Assembly (NCBI RefSeq): GCF_963921235.1
Contig: NC_086097.1
Span: forward strand, 128,714,001-128,778,000
Direction: 5' to 3'
DNA: 64,000 nt
Source of the DNA: Mobula hypostoma
Taxonomy: Eukaryota
Below, piece by piece: positions 52,494 through 64,000 of the stretch. The notes beneath the pieces were generated by a model, which saw only the letters and a program-made list of their open reading frames with translations, made no database searches and was not told where the DNA came from. Position 1 is the stretch's first letter. Every line of letters starts with the position of its first letter. The translations under genes and the position numbers were made by a program.

Positions 52494-54857
52494 AAGCTTT
52501 CTTAACTACCCTATCCACCTGTGAGGCAACTTTCAGGGATCTGTGGACATGTACCCCTAGATCCCTCTGCTCCTCCACGCTACCAAGTATCCTGCCATGT
52601 ACTTTGTACTCTGCCTTGGAGTTTGTCCTTCCAAAGTGTACCACCTCACACTTCTCCGGGTTGAACTCCATCTGCCACTTCTCAGCCCACTTCTGCAACC
52701 TATCAATGTCTCTCTGCAATCTTTGACAATCCTCTACACTATCTACAACACCACCAACCTTTGTGTCGTCTGCAAAACTTGCCAACCCACCCTTCTACCC
52801 CAACATCCAGGTGGTTAATAAAAATCACGAAAAGTAGAGGTCCCAGAACAGATCCTTGTGGGACACCACTAATCACAATCCTCCAATCTAAATGTACTCC
52901 CTCCACCACCACCCTCTGCCTTCTGCAGGCAAGCCAATTCTGAATCCACCTGGCCAAACTTCCCCAGATCCCATGCCTTCTGACTTTCTGAATAAGCCTA
53001 CCGTGTGGAACCTTGTCAAATGCCTTGCTTAAATCCATATAGATCACATCCACTGCACTACCCCCACCTCCTCAAAGAACTCTAGCAGGCTTGTTAGACA
53101 CGATCTGCCCTTCACAAAGCCATGTTGACTGTCCCTGATCAGACCATGATTCTCCAAATGCCCAGAGATCCTATCTCTAAGAATCTTTTCCAACAGCTTT
53201 CCCACCACAGATGTAAGGCTCACAGGTCTATAATTACCCGGACTAATCCTATTGCCTTTTTTGAACAAGGGGACAACATTCACCTCCCTCCAATCCTCCG
53301 GTACCATTCCCGTGGACAACGAGGACATAAAGATCCTAGCCAGTGGCTCAGCAATCTCTTCCTTCGCCTCGTGGAGCAGCCTGGGGAATATTCTGTCAGA
53401 CCGCAGGGACTTATCCGTCCTAATGTATTTTAACAAATCCAACACCTCCTCTCCCTTAATATCAACATGCTCCAGAACATCAACCTCACTCATATTGTCC
53501 TCACCATCATCAAGTTCCCTGTCATTGGTGAATATCGAAGAGAAGTATTCATTGAGGACCTCGCTCACTTCCACAGCCTCCAGGCACATCTTCCCACCTT
53601 TATCTCTAATCGGTCCTACCTTCACTCCTGTCATCCTTTTTTTCTTCACATAATTGAAGAATGCCTTGGGGTTTTCCTTTACCCTACTTGCCAAGGCCTT
53701 CTCATACCCACTTCTTGCTCTTCTCAGCCCCTTCTTAAGCTCCTTTCTTGCTTTCCTATATTCCTCAATAGACCCATCTGATCCTTGCTTCCTAAACCTC
53801 ATGTATGCTGCCTTCTTCCACCTGACTAGATTTTCCACCTCACTTGTCACCCATGGTTCCTTCACCCTAGCATTCTTTATCCTCCTCAGCGGGACAAATT
53901 TATCCCTAACATCCTGCAAGAGATCTCTAAACATCGACCACATGTCCATAGTACATTTCCCTGCAAAAACATCATCCCAATTCACACCCGCAAGTTCTAG
54001 CCTTATAGCTTCATAATTTGCCCTTCCCCAATTAAAAATTTTCCTGTCCTCTCTGATTCTATCCTTTTCCATGATAATGCTAAAGGCCAGGGAGTGGTGG
54101 TCACTGTCCCCCAGATGCTCACCCACTGAGAGATCTGTGACCTGACCCAGTTCATTACCTAGTACTAGATCTAGTATGGCATTCCCCCTGGTCGGCCTGT
54201 CCACATACTGTGACAGGAATCCGTCCTGGACACACTTAACAAACTCTGCCCCATCTAAACCCTTGGAACTAATCAGGTGCCAATCAATATTAGGGAAGTT
54301 AAAGTCACCCATGATAACAACCCTGCTATTTTTGCACCTTTCCAAAATCTGCCTCCCAATCTGCTCCTCTGTATCTCTGCTGCTACCAGGGGGCCTATAG
54401 AATACTCCCAATCGAGTAACTGCTCCCTTCCTGTTCCTGACTTCCACCCATACTGACTCAAAAGAGGATCCTGCTACATTACCCACCCTTTCTGTAGCTG
54501 TAATAGTATTCCTGACCAGTAATGCCACCCCTCCTCCCCTTTTTCCGCCCTCTTTATCCCTTTTAAAGCACTAAAATCCGGGAATATTGAGAATCTATTC
54601 CTGCCCTGGTGCCAGCCAAGTCTCTGTAATGGCCACTACATCATAATTCCATGTATGTATCCAAGCTCTCAGTTCATCACCTTTGTTCCTGATGCTTCTT
54701 GCATTGAGGTACACACATTTCAGCCCTTCTACCTTACTACCTTTACACCCTTTATTCTGCTTCTCTTTCCTCAAAGCTTCTCTATATGTTAGATCTGGCT
54801 TTACTCCATGCACTTCTTTCACTGCTCTATCGCTCTGGGTCCCATCCCCCTTGTAAA

Positions 54858-55799
54858 TTAGTTTAAACCCTCCCGAACCATGCCAGTGAACCTACCTGCA
54901 AGGATATTGCTCCCCCTCGAGTTCAGGTGCAACCCATCCAACCTGTACAGGTCCCACCTTCCCCAGAAGAGATCCCAATGATCTAAAAACCCAAAACCCT
55001 CCTCCCCGCACCAACTCCTCAGCCACGCATTCAACTGCCATCTCCTCCAATTCTTACCATCACTATCACGTAGCACTGGCGGCAATCCTGAGAACGCCAC
55101 CCTTGAGGTCCTGTTCTTCAGCCTTCTGCCTAGTTCCCGAAACTCACACTTCAGGACCTCATCCCTCTTCCTGCCTATGTCGTTGGTCCCAACATGTATC
55201 ACAACTTCTGGTTGCTTTCCCTCTCGTACCAGGATGTCGTGCACCGGGTCAGAGACATCCCAGACCCTGGCACCCGGGAGGCAACAAACCATGCGGGTGT
55301 CCTTCTCACATCCACAAAATCTCCTGTCTGCTCCCCTGTCTATAGAGTCTCCAATGACAACAGCTCTCTTCTTCTCCATCCCACCCTTCTGCACCACAGG
55401 ATCAGACTCAGTGCCGCAGGCCCTGCCACCGTGGCTCACACCTGGTCGGTCGTCCCCGCCAACAGTATCCAGGACGGTAAACTTATTATTCAGGGGAATG
55501 GCTACAGGGGTGCTCTGCACCACCTGTCTGTTTACCTTCGTTTTGCCCTCTCTGACTGTCACCCAATGACCTGCTTCCAACAGCCTAGGTGTGACTTCCT
55601 CCCTGTAGCTCTCATCTATGACTGCCTCATTCTCCCTTATGAGTCGAAGGTCATCCAGGTACTGCTCCAGATTCCTTACACGGTCTTCCAGATCGCCCAG
55701 CCGTATGCACTTCTGGCAGATGTGGCTCTGCGGGAGAGGGGAGCTCCCCCAAGACTGCCACATCTCACATGAGAGGCACATCACCATCTCAGGAGACAT
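54858..55799 (-). CDS. CR1 ORF1p: zinc finger/coiled coil plus SGNH esterase domain, intact 313 aa
   Basis: CxxC..CxxC, heptad LEDRVRNLEQYLDDL, then GDS, PGA, HVGTND and DGLHL blocks. Confidence 0.9.
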   Translation of the reverse strand: MSPEMVMCLSCEMWQSWGSSPLPQSHICQKCIRLGDLEDRVRNLEQYLDDLRLIRENEAVIDESYREEVTPRLLEAGHWVTVREGKTKVNRQVVQSTPVAIPLNNKFTVLDTVGGDDRPGVSHGGRACGTESDPVVQKGGMEKKRAVVIGDSIDRGADRRFCGCEKDTRMVCCLPGARVWDVSDPVHDILVREGKQPEVVIHVGTNDIGRKRDEVLKCEFRELGRRLKNRTSRVAFSGLPPVLRDSDGKNWRRWQLNAWLRSWCGEEGFGFLDHWDLFWGRWDLYRLDGLHLNSRGSNILAGRFTGMVREGLN

Positions 55800-56623
55800 C
55801 GTAAAGACTAACTGCGAGCAAGCTCGTCCTCCGCCTCAAAGCTCCACTCCTTCACTGGCTCGCTCACTCACTCACTGGCTGCTTTCCACAGGCCGCTCCG
55901 CTTGAGCTATCCCTCTATTTACCCATTTGAGCTTTTCAAAATGTTTGGTCACCTGACCTCGATTGCCCAATCAGCTGCTTTCTGCTGAGTCTGAGCTATT
56001 CAAATCTTGATTGTCTAATCAACGGCTTTCTGCTGATCTACTCAAATCTTGATTGACTTGATTGTACAGACCAACTGCCAAAACTGCCAGAATCTCTCGA
56101 GTCAAAGCCTCAAAGCTCCACTCCTTCACTGGCCTAATCACTCACTGGCCGCTTTCCACAGGCCACTCCGCTTGAGCTATTTCCTTTTGAAAGAGCATTA
56201 TTTTATTCATTGTACCAATATAATCTTTTCTTCCACAAAATGAGTGTAAAAAATGAAACAAAATTTGATTGACATTTCATTGCCTTCATTTCTGAAACAG
56301 TCTGTTCTCTCCTCTCATATCTTGTATGACGTTCTCTCAATTCCTTTCTTACCCCTTTTTCTTCACAACACTCAGTCTTTCTTTGATGTCTCAATAGCTA
56401 CATGGTTCTTTATTTTAAATATTATTCCTCTCTGGAAGATTTGGCCGATAAGATGTCCCTCATTTTCAGTAAACTGTGAGCATATAAGATGCTGGAACTT
56501 GAAACAAAAACAAACTGCTGGATGAACTCAGCATCCATGAAGAGATTTGACCCGAAATTTCAACTGTCCATTTCCCTCCACAGATGTAACCTGATTGCTG
56601 CATTCCTCCAGCAGTTTTGTCTT

Positions 56624-56921
56624 GGCACGTGGCCAAGTGGTTAAGGAGTTCATCTAGTGATTTGAAGGTCGCTAGTTCGAGCCTTGGCTGAGGCAGCATG
56701 TGTGTCCTCGAACAAGGCACTTAACCACACATTGCTCTGCGATGACACTGGTGCCAGGCTGTATGGGTCCTAATGCTCTTCCCTTGGACAACATTGGTGG
56801 TGTGGAGAGGGGAGACTTGCAGCATGGGCAACTGCTGGTCTTCCATACAATCTTGCCCAGGCCTGCACCCTGGAAACCTTCCAAGACGCAAATCCATGGT
56901 CTCATGAGACACTAATGGATG
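56624..56921 (+). mobile_element. tRNA-derived SINE
   Basis: A box tggccaagtgg and B box gttcgagcc; approximate TSD gcagttt..ttg; sits inside a decayed PLE-like remnant. Confidence 0.8.
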
Positions 56922-57001
56922 CAGTTTGTTTTGTGCTTAAGTAAAATGTTTGTGTGTGCTTTTTAGTGTTGCAAATGTAAAGCTAATAAATTTATTTTTA
57001 A

Positions 57002-57251
57002 GCAACACACATCAAAGTTGCTGGTGAACGCAGCAGGCCAAGCAGCATCTGTAGGAAGAGGTGCAGTCGACGTTTCAGGCCGAGACCCTTCGTCAGGACT
57101 AATGAACATGTTAGTCCTGACAAAGGGTCTCGGCCTGAAACGTCGACTGCACCTCTTCCTACAGATGCTGCTTGGCCTGCTGCGTTCACCAGCAACTTTG
57201 ATGTGTGTTGCTTAAATTTCCAGCATCTGCAGAATTCTTGTTGTTTGCGTT
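57002..57251. mobile_element. Fold-back palindromic PLE-terminus insertion with two hammerhead motifs
   Basis: ~105-bp arms (56998-57102 / 57111-57215) with one visible mismatch. Hammerhead motifs at 57065-57100 (-, intact) and 57113-57148 (+, CTGACAA). Perfect 15-bp TSD taaatttatttttaa (56987-57001, 57252-57266). Confidence 0.92.
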
Positions 57252-57294
57252 TAAATTTATTTTTAACATGTTTTTTGTAACAGATACAATATAT

Positions 57295-57450
57295 TTGTGA
57301 AGGTCAAAACCTCACTAACACTGGCAGCGCTAATGCCTGGCAGGTAAAGGGAGGCGGACTTTTACCAGCTATCAAAGTCCTCCAATGAGAGCAGCCAACT
57401 ATTGGCGCTGGGACAGCCTCTGTGCTGAGCTGGGTTGTGGGAAAGCACTT
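57295..57450. promoter_or_regulatory. Candidate promoter/enhancer motif cluster
   Basis: GC box 57349-57358, ATCAAAG 57371-57377, CCAAT 57382, ATTGG 57401 and TGTGGGAA 57436-57443, in non-repetitive sequence. Confidence 0.35.
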
Positions 57451-59754
57451 GGAGCGCACAGCCCTGTGAAAGCAAAATATATGTGTCACAGGTTCAGGCA
57501 TTAGAGCACGGGACAGTCTACCCTAATAATGCAAAATGGCTCATTCAAAAGCAACATTTATTATGGTGTACACATTTTTTTTACAGTAACAATGATTACA
57601 CATGGATATATTAAAGACTTTTAATGAGGTTAATAACTCCTAAAGCGCTGACATTTTCTCAGTTGTAAATTGAAGCAAACTTTTTGGTTGGTGTTAGTCT
57701 GTTAACTTGTATTGAAGCACAATGATTTATTGTTTTCAAAGTGCAAAGCAACAGATGACAGGCTCCCTGAATGTTTAACCTGATGAGCAATAAATTGGGA
57801 ATTTACTTACTAACTGACCCAATGGATTACCACAATATTTATATTATTGATAATTTAAAATGAAACAAATTTATTGAAACGTTCTTGAGGGTTCCAAGCC
57901 TTGATTATGAACAGCACTGACAAGGAATGGGTCTCTCGCTGTCATAATCTGTTTTTTGTTAAATATTCCTGCATCACAGTCACTGAAATCTATGACTCCC
58001 CAGTTTTTAAACAAGGAGATTAGCTCAGCTTCAACAGCCTATTGTGCATATCAGATTAGTGATCCTCTTTGTTTGAAATGATCTATATTTTCTGCACTCA
58101 TAATTTGTGTGCAAAACCAAGTAATACATTAATAACAGCAGGTGTTTGTGAGTGAAAACTGGATGCACTGAACAAAAATACTTCCAAATCTGAGAGTTGC
58201 TTCTAATGAACACATGCACCATTTGACACCACTTTACACTGAGACTGTGCTACTATGCAGCCTTGCCAAATCAAACATCTAATTTCAACATTAGTCTTGG
58301 CATATTTTCAGTCTAACCAACTATGCTGCATTATATTACGTTACATCAAGCTTTGCTCTGCCTGAATTAGTCCATGTTTGCTTTTAAGGTATCTAATTCA
58401 CTCAGAACCACAATGAGTAAACAAGTTGCAGTGCAGGGTTCTGCTCGTCCAGTTAATGGCAACCATGTCATTTCTTTCAGCATTTGCTCTCCAGTGCCAC
58501 CCATCAGCAGAAGCCAATGCTGTGTAAGGTCTCAACCCAAAACATCGACTGCCCATTTCCCTCTGATCCATCTGCTGAATCCCTTCATAAGTCTGTATTT
58601 TGCTCCAGGTTCCAGCATCTGTGAAGCTGCCGTATGCAAATTTGTATTATTTGTTGTATCCCTAAATTTTAGTTCTGAGTACTAAGTTCTGGGTTGGAAT
58701 GATGGCACGTCCGTTGGGTTTGATATCAGGTTAATGTGAAATCAAAACCCTACTTATGTAAGGATTTCCACTGGCAAGGGTTCTGTAGATTTATGGTGGA
58801 ATTATTAACTAGCGGTTGAATGATCTAGACTAGTAATTTGGAAATTCAATTTCACACACAATCTAGGCACCTGGAGGACTTAATCACCTATAACTAGAAT
58901 GAAAAACTACCCTTGGTAAAGTTGACTCTTGGTTTGTCATACTTGATGCCCTTTGGGAAAGAAATATGCTGACCTTCCTTGCTCTGGTCTTTATGTGACT
59001 CATGACCCACAGTAACATAGTTGACTTTTGATTGCCTTCAGAAGTGAACCATCAAGCAACTCCACCCAAAGGATGAGGGATGGACAATAAATGTTAGTAT
59101 GGTCCCTCCCACCCCGAATAGTCTCTCTTCTGCCCTCCCACCACCTCATTCGGAAGAAAATACAAAATCCTGAATGCCCATTTGACTGGGAGTGGACAGA
59201 TTCTATCCCGCTGTTAGAAGGCTCTTGAAATTAGCTCTTCTGCAATAAGATGGACTCTTGACCTCATAATCTCCTCATCATGGCTCCTAAAACTTATTGT
59301 CTAACTACACTACACTTTCTCAGTAACTGTAACTTTATATTCTGTATCCGTTATTGTTTTTCCCTTGAACTACTTTGATGTACTGATGTGATGAATAGGC
59401 GAAGGATGCATTAGAAACAAAGAAACATAGAATACCTACGGCACAATACAGGCCCTTCAGCCCATAATGCTGTGCTGAGCATGTCCTTACCTGAGAAATT
59501 ACCTAGGGTTACCCATACCCTCTATTTTTCTGAGCTCCATATACCTGTCCAGGAGCCTCTTAAAAGACCCTATCGTATCCGCATCATTGATTGATTGCAG
59601 AGCAGTTTTTCAAGGTACCTCAATACATGTGATAATAATAAACCAATTACCAACTGTCAGTGATATCTAGATCCTGTAAATGAAAAGAGTGAGTGCAGCA
59701 TTTCTTATGATAAGGTAATCAAATATTTTAATTTCACAAGGAATTGGGTAGCAG

Positions 59755-60705
59755 GAAGATTATAGAGAAACACACCACAGAACCAGACCCTTCAGCCCAT
59801 CTAGTCCAAAATGAACTCTGCCTAGTCCCATCAACCATAGCCCTCCATACCCCTACCACTAATGTACCTCTCCAAATTTCTCTTAAATGTTGAAATTGAG
59901 CTCCATGCACCACTTGTGCTGGCAGTTCATTCCACACTCTCACAACCAATGTTCTCTCTAAGGTGTGTGCGTGTGTATCTTTTGATACTAGGGCAAGAAA
60001 GGTCGTCACCCTCTGCCTTGTTGGCTTGTTAAGTATACTTCACAATCATACACAATCACGTTTCCTTTTCCGGTTTCTGAAGCAGTCAGTATTGACAACA
60101 TGGAGTTTACGATGATCTGTCTGCAGATTTTAGAACTGGCTTATTTATACTGTTTTTATTGAAGAAGTTATTCAGTGCACACACGTTGTTGTCACTGGGA
60201 AAAAAAATGCACTGCACAAGATTTTTGCTCACACTGGCCATTGCAATTTAAGGGAACATTGCTTACAATCCTTTGACTGAAGAAGCTTCCCCTCATGTTC
60301 CCCTTAAACTTTTCACCTTTCACCCTTAACCCATGAAGTCCCACCCAACCTCAGTGGAAAAAGCTTGCTTGCATTTATCCTATCTATACCACTCATAATT
60401 TGTATACTTCTATCAAATCTCCTCCCAGTCTTCCACTTTCCAAGGAATAAAGTCCTAACCTATTCAACCTTTCCTTATAACCCAGGTCCTCCAGTCCTGG
60501 CAATATCCTTGTAAATTTTCTCTGTATTCTTTCAACCTTATTTACGCAATTCCTGTAGGGTAGGTATCCAAAACTGCACACAATACTCCAAATTAGGCCT
60601 CACTGATATCTTATACAACTTCAATATAACATCCCATTTTCTGTACTAAATATTTTGACTTATGAAGGCCAATGTGCCAGCAGCTTTCTTTACAACCCTA
60701 TCTTT
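59755..60705 (-). mobile_element. CR1 3' fragment split by a MITE
   Basis: ERIQRKFTRILPG..LGLYSLE (60393-60581) and VVRVWNELP. Confidence 0.85.
59947..60261. mobile_element. hAT-like MITE
   Basis: TIR caatgttc(t/c)ct; imperfect 8-bp TSD ctcacaac / cttacaat. Confidence 0.7.
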
Positions 60706-60956
60706 TAACCCCTCTATTCAAATTCCCCAAGAGAGAAGAGGGAGATGTTAAATGTTGAAGAATCACGGGGTGTTACTAGTCGGGAAACAGGTCTTCAGCC
60801 CAGAAAAATTGATAAAGTTATAGAAAGCATAGATAGGGTAGAGAGTCAGAAACTTTATCCCAGACTAGAAAGTCAAATACTGGAGGGCCTGCTTTTAAGG
60901 TGAGGGGAAAGATTTAACAAAGATATGCAGGGCAATTTTTTTAACACAGTGGTAGA

Positions 60957-61481
60957 TAGGGTTGCCAACTGTCCCGTATTAGCTGGGACATCCCATATAT
61001 TGGGCTAAATTGGTTTGTCCCATACGGGACCGCCCTTGTCCCATATTTCCCCCGCTAAGGTAGAGCATTCCTATGAAACCGTTCGTAAGCCGAAATGGCA
61101 TAAAGTGCAGAAGCAATTACCATTAATTTATATGGGAAAAATTTTTGAGCATTCCCACACTCAAAAAATAACCTACCAATGACACATAAAACCTAAAACA
61201 ACACTAACATATAGTAAAAGCAGGAATGATATGATAAATACACAGCCTATATAAAGTAGAAATAATGTATGTATAGTGTATCAGAATCAGGAAGATTAAG
61301 CCAAAACTGATTTGTAGAAAAAAAATTGGCACGTACACACATGCGCATGTCACGCATGCGCACACAGGTGCCCGTGCAAGGCTTCATGGTCATGGTAGTC
61401 TTTCTCAGGGTAATCACAAGTGTCCCGTATTTGACTGTTACTTTTGTCCCTTATTTGGTAGTGAGAAAGTTGACAACCTTA
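60957..61481. mobile_element. hAT MITE (TAGGGTTGCCA-type TIR) inserted in a CR1 3' fragment (~60810-61675, +)
   Basis: TIR tagggttgccaact / agttgacaacctta; perfect 8-bp TSD gtggtaga (60949-60956, 61482-61489); subterminal tgtccc repeats. Confidence 0.88.
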
Positions 61482-62937
61482 GTGGTAGATGCCGGAGTAG
61501 TGACAGAAGCAAATACGATAGTTGTATTGAATAGACTTTTAGATAGATATGATATGTAGGGAACGGAGCAATGTGGATCATGTGCAGGCAGGAGAAATTG
61601 AAATTCATTTTTCATTGTGTTCAACACTGTGGACCGAAGAGTCTGTTTCTGCGCCTTTCTGTTCTATGTTCTGAGTCTGCACTGACCATTAAGGACCCAT
61701 TTACCTTAATCCTGCACTGATCGCTTTTATTTGCTGGACATTTCCCAACAACTCCCCAGATTTTATCACTTATCACCTCACCAGGCACAACGTGCAACAG
61801 CCATTTAACCTACCAATCCTCACATCTTTGGGTAATATGCTTCCATAGGAACCCAATAGGGTCGCATGGAGAACGTACAAACTCCACCCAGAAATGCCAA
61901 AGGTCAGGATTGAAGCCAGGTCACTGGAACTGAGTGGCAGCAGCTTAATTAACTGTACCACTGTGCTTCCTTCACTTTGATGGGGCTTTGCCCTGGGCTG
62001 GTTAGACCCACTCACAAAGAAGCAGCTGACTAACTGATGTGCCATCAACTTGATACCTCTGAATCTTTTCCAGCTCACATGGTAGCTCTTCCAACTCCTG
62101 AGTAGAGACCAACGTCCCACTTTAGAGAATTAAGCATAAAACTCCAGGCCCAAACCTGAATGTAATACTATGGGACTAGTCAACAACCACTGCTGTGTTT
62201 GCAGAAATGATATTAATGTTATGCTCTCAGCTGGACCAACAAGATGACAGAAACTATTTCAAAGGGAGAGAGCTCTCTCAGTCAGTAGTAATAAAACAGG
62301 TAATCAGGTTATCGAGCAGTAATAAAACAGGTTATCATTTGAAAATGAAGATCCTGGAAATCCAAAATAAAAACAGAAAGTGGTGAAAACATTCATCATG
62401 TCAGGCAGTGTCTGGGGAAGGAGAAACCGTTAATGCCACAGAATGATAACTCTTTATCAGGACTGGGCTCTTTGATGTGAAATGTTATCTGTGTTTCTCT
62501 TTCGAAAGATGTTGCTGAATGTTTATATACTGAATCTTTCCAGATTCATTGCAGCTTCTTATTTTATTTCTCATGAGGGTGAGGACTGTCACGTTTCCTA
62601 CATTATGACAGTGACTACACTTCCAAGTGCTTCATTGATTGTAAGATGCTTTGGTAATTAGATGTACAGTAAAAAGCTTTTGATTGCATGATCATCCAGA
62701 TAGATTAAACTATATATAAGTACAAAGAGCAGTACAAAAGGAAAACAAAATAGAATGCAGAATATTATGCTACAGTTACTGAGAACGTACAGTGCAAGTT
62801 GACAAATAACGATTTTGATGAGGTACCCTGAGAGATCAAGAGTTCATCCTTGTTGTATAAATTGTCCTTTCTAAAGTGTAATCACAGTAGGTTAGAAGAT
62901 TTCCTGAGACTGGTGATACATGCTTATGTATCATGGT

Positions 62938-64000
62938 TATGTGTCAATGCAAGGAGCATTCGTAATAAGGTGGATGAATTGAAAGTGCAGATTGTTATTA
63001 ATGATTATGATATAGTTGGGATCACAGAGACATGGCTCCAGGGTGACCAGGGATGGGAGCTCAACGTTCAGGGATATTCAATATTCAGGAGGGATAGACA
63101 CGAAGGAAGGGGAGGTGGGGTGGCGTTGCTGGTTAAAAAAGAGATTAACGCAATAGAAAGGAAGGACATAAGCCGGGAAGATGTGGAATCGATATGGGTA
63201 GAGCTGCGTAACACTAAGGGGCAGAAGACGCTGGTGGGAGTTGTGTACAGGCCACCTAACAGTAGTAGTGAGGTCGGAGATGGTATTAAACAGGAAATTA
63301 GAAATGTGTGCAATAAAGGAACAGCAGTTATAATGGGTGACTTCAATCTACATGTAGACTGGGTGAACCAAATTGGTAAAGGTGCTGAGGAAGAGGATTT
63401 CTTGGAATGTATGCGGGATGGTTTTTTGAACCAACATGTCGAGGAACCGACTAGAGAGCAGGCTATTCTGGACTGGGTTTTGAGCAATGAGGAAGGGTTA
63501 ATTAGCGATCTTGTCGTGAGAGGCCCTTTGGGTAAGAGTGACCATAATATGGTGGAATTCTTCATTAACATGGAGAGTGACGTAGTTAATTCAGAAACAA
63601 AGGTTCTGAACTTAAAGAGGGGTAACTTTGAAGGTATGAGACATGAATTAGCTAAGATAGACTGGCAAATGACACTTCAAGGATTGACGGTGGATATGCA
63701 ATGGCAGGCATTTAAAGGTTGCATGGATGAACTACAACAATTGTTCATCCCAGTTTGGCAAAAGAATAAATCAAGGAAGGTAGTGCACCCGTGGCTGACA
63801 AGAGAAATTAGGGATAGTATCAATTCCAAAGAAGTAGCATACAAATTAGCCAGAGAAAGTGGCTCACCTGAGGACTGGGAGAAATTCAGAGTTCAGCAGA
63901 GGAGGACAAAGGGCTTAATTAGGAAGGGGAAAAAAGATTATGAGAGAAAACTGGCAGAGAACATAAAAACGGACTGTAAAAGCTTTTATAGATATGTAAA
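62938..64000 (+). mobile_element. Young CR1-B copy, ORF2 N-terminus, open to the window edge
   Basis: CVNARSIRNK..IVGITETW..GGGVA..YRPP..MGDFN; 63325-64000 is nearly identical to the reverse complement of ~51806-52481. Confidence 0.92.

Larger units (their letters stand above)
49357..56185 (-). mobile_element. Near full-length CR1 LINE ('CR1-A'), interrupted by a second CR1
   Basis: 5' UTR ~55800-56185, ORF1 54858-55799, broken ORF2 (54595-54822, 53044-54528, 52739-53053, ~52485-52785). Resumes LAFIGRRVEFK below ~49970; (ttctatg)n tail at 49357-49380. Confidence 0.92.

Noticed and set aside
50458..55905. Numerous plus-strand ORFs
   Set aside because: Antisense shadows of CR1 ORF1/ORF2.
56624..56700. 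tRNA gene
   Set aside because: A and B boxes are present, but the sequence continues into a SINE body and tail; no convincing cloverleaf or terminator.
56998..57215. Mirror-image 65-aa ORFs on both strands
   Set aside because: Consequence of the DNA palindrome, not coding.
1..64000. CRISPR arrays, operons or other prokaryotic systems
   Set aside because: No repeat-spacer arrays or gene-dense segments; the content is vertebrate repeat-rich DNA.

Overview
This is repeat-dominated vertebrate genomic DNA, intergenic or intronic. The repeat repertoire points to a cartilaginous fish, probably a ray (inference). No host protein-coding gene could be supported. The window holds many CR1 and Rex1/Babar LINE fragments and an old Gypsy LTR element (34127-39626) with L1 and Rex1 insertions. 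It also holds a full-length dead hAT transposon (45368-48974, 8-bp TSD), hAT, Harbinger and Tc1/mariner non-autonomous elements, tRNA SINEs, and a near full-length CR1 (intact esterase ORF1) with a very young CR1 nested in it. The most striking structure is a set of Penelope-like (PLE) insertions carrying minimal hammerhead-ribozyme motifs. Three are TSD-flanked fold-back palindromes of about 200-250 bp with back-to-back hammerhead motifs, and their arms share copy-private variants. Other notable items are an ~80-bp module shared by MITEs of two different superfamilies, a TGACAG motif cluster with a perfect palindrome, a 27-bp-arm hairpin, and several TE-free blocks with regulatory-like motif clusters. 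All calls were made by eye; boundaries without a stated TSD/TIR are approximate.
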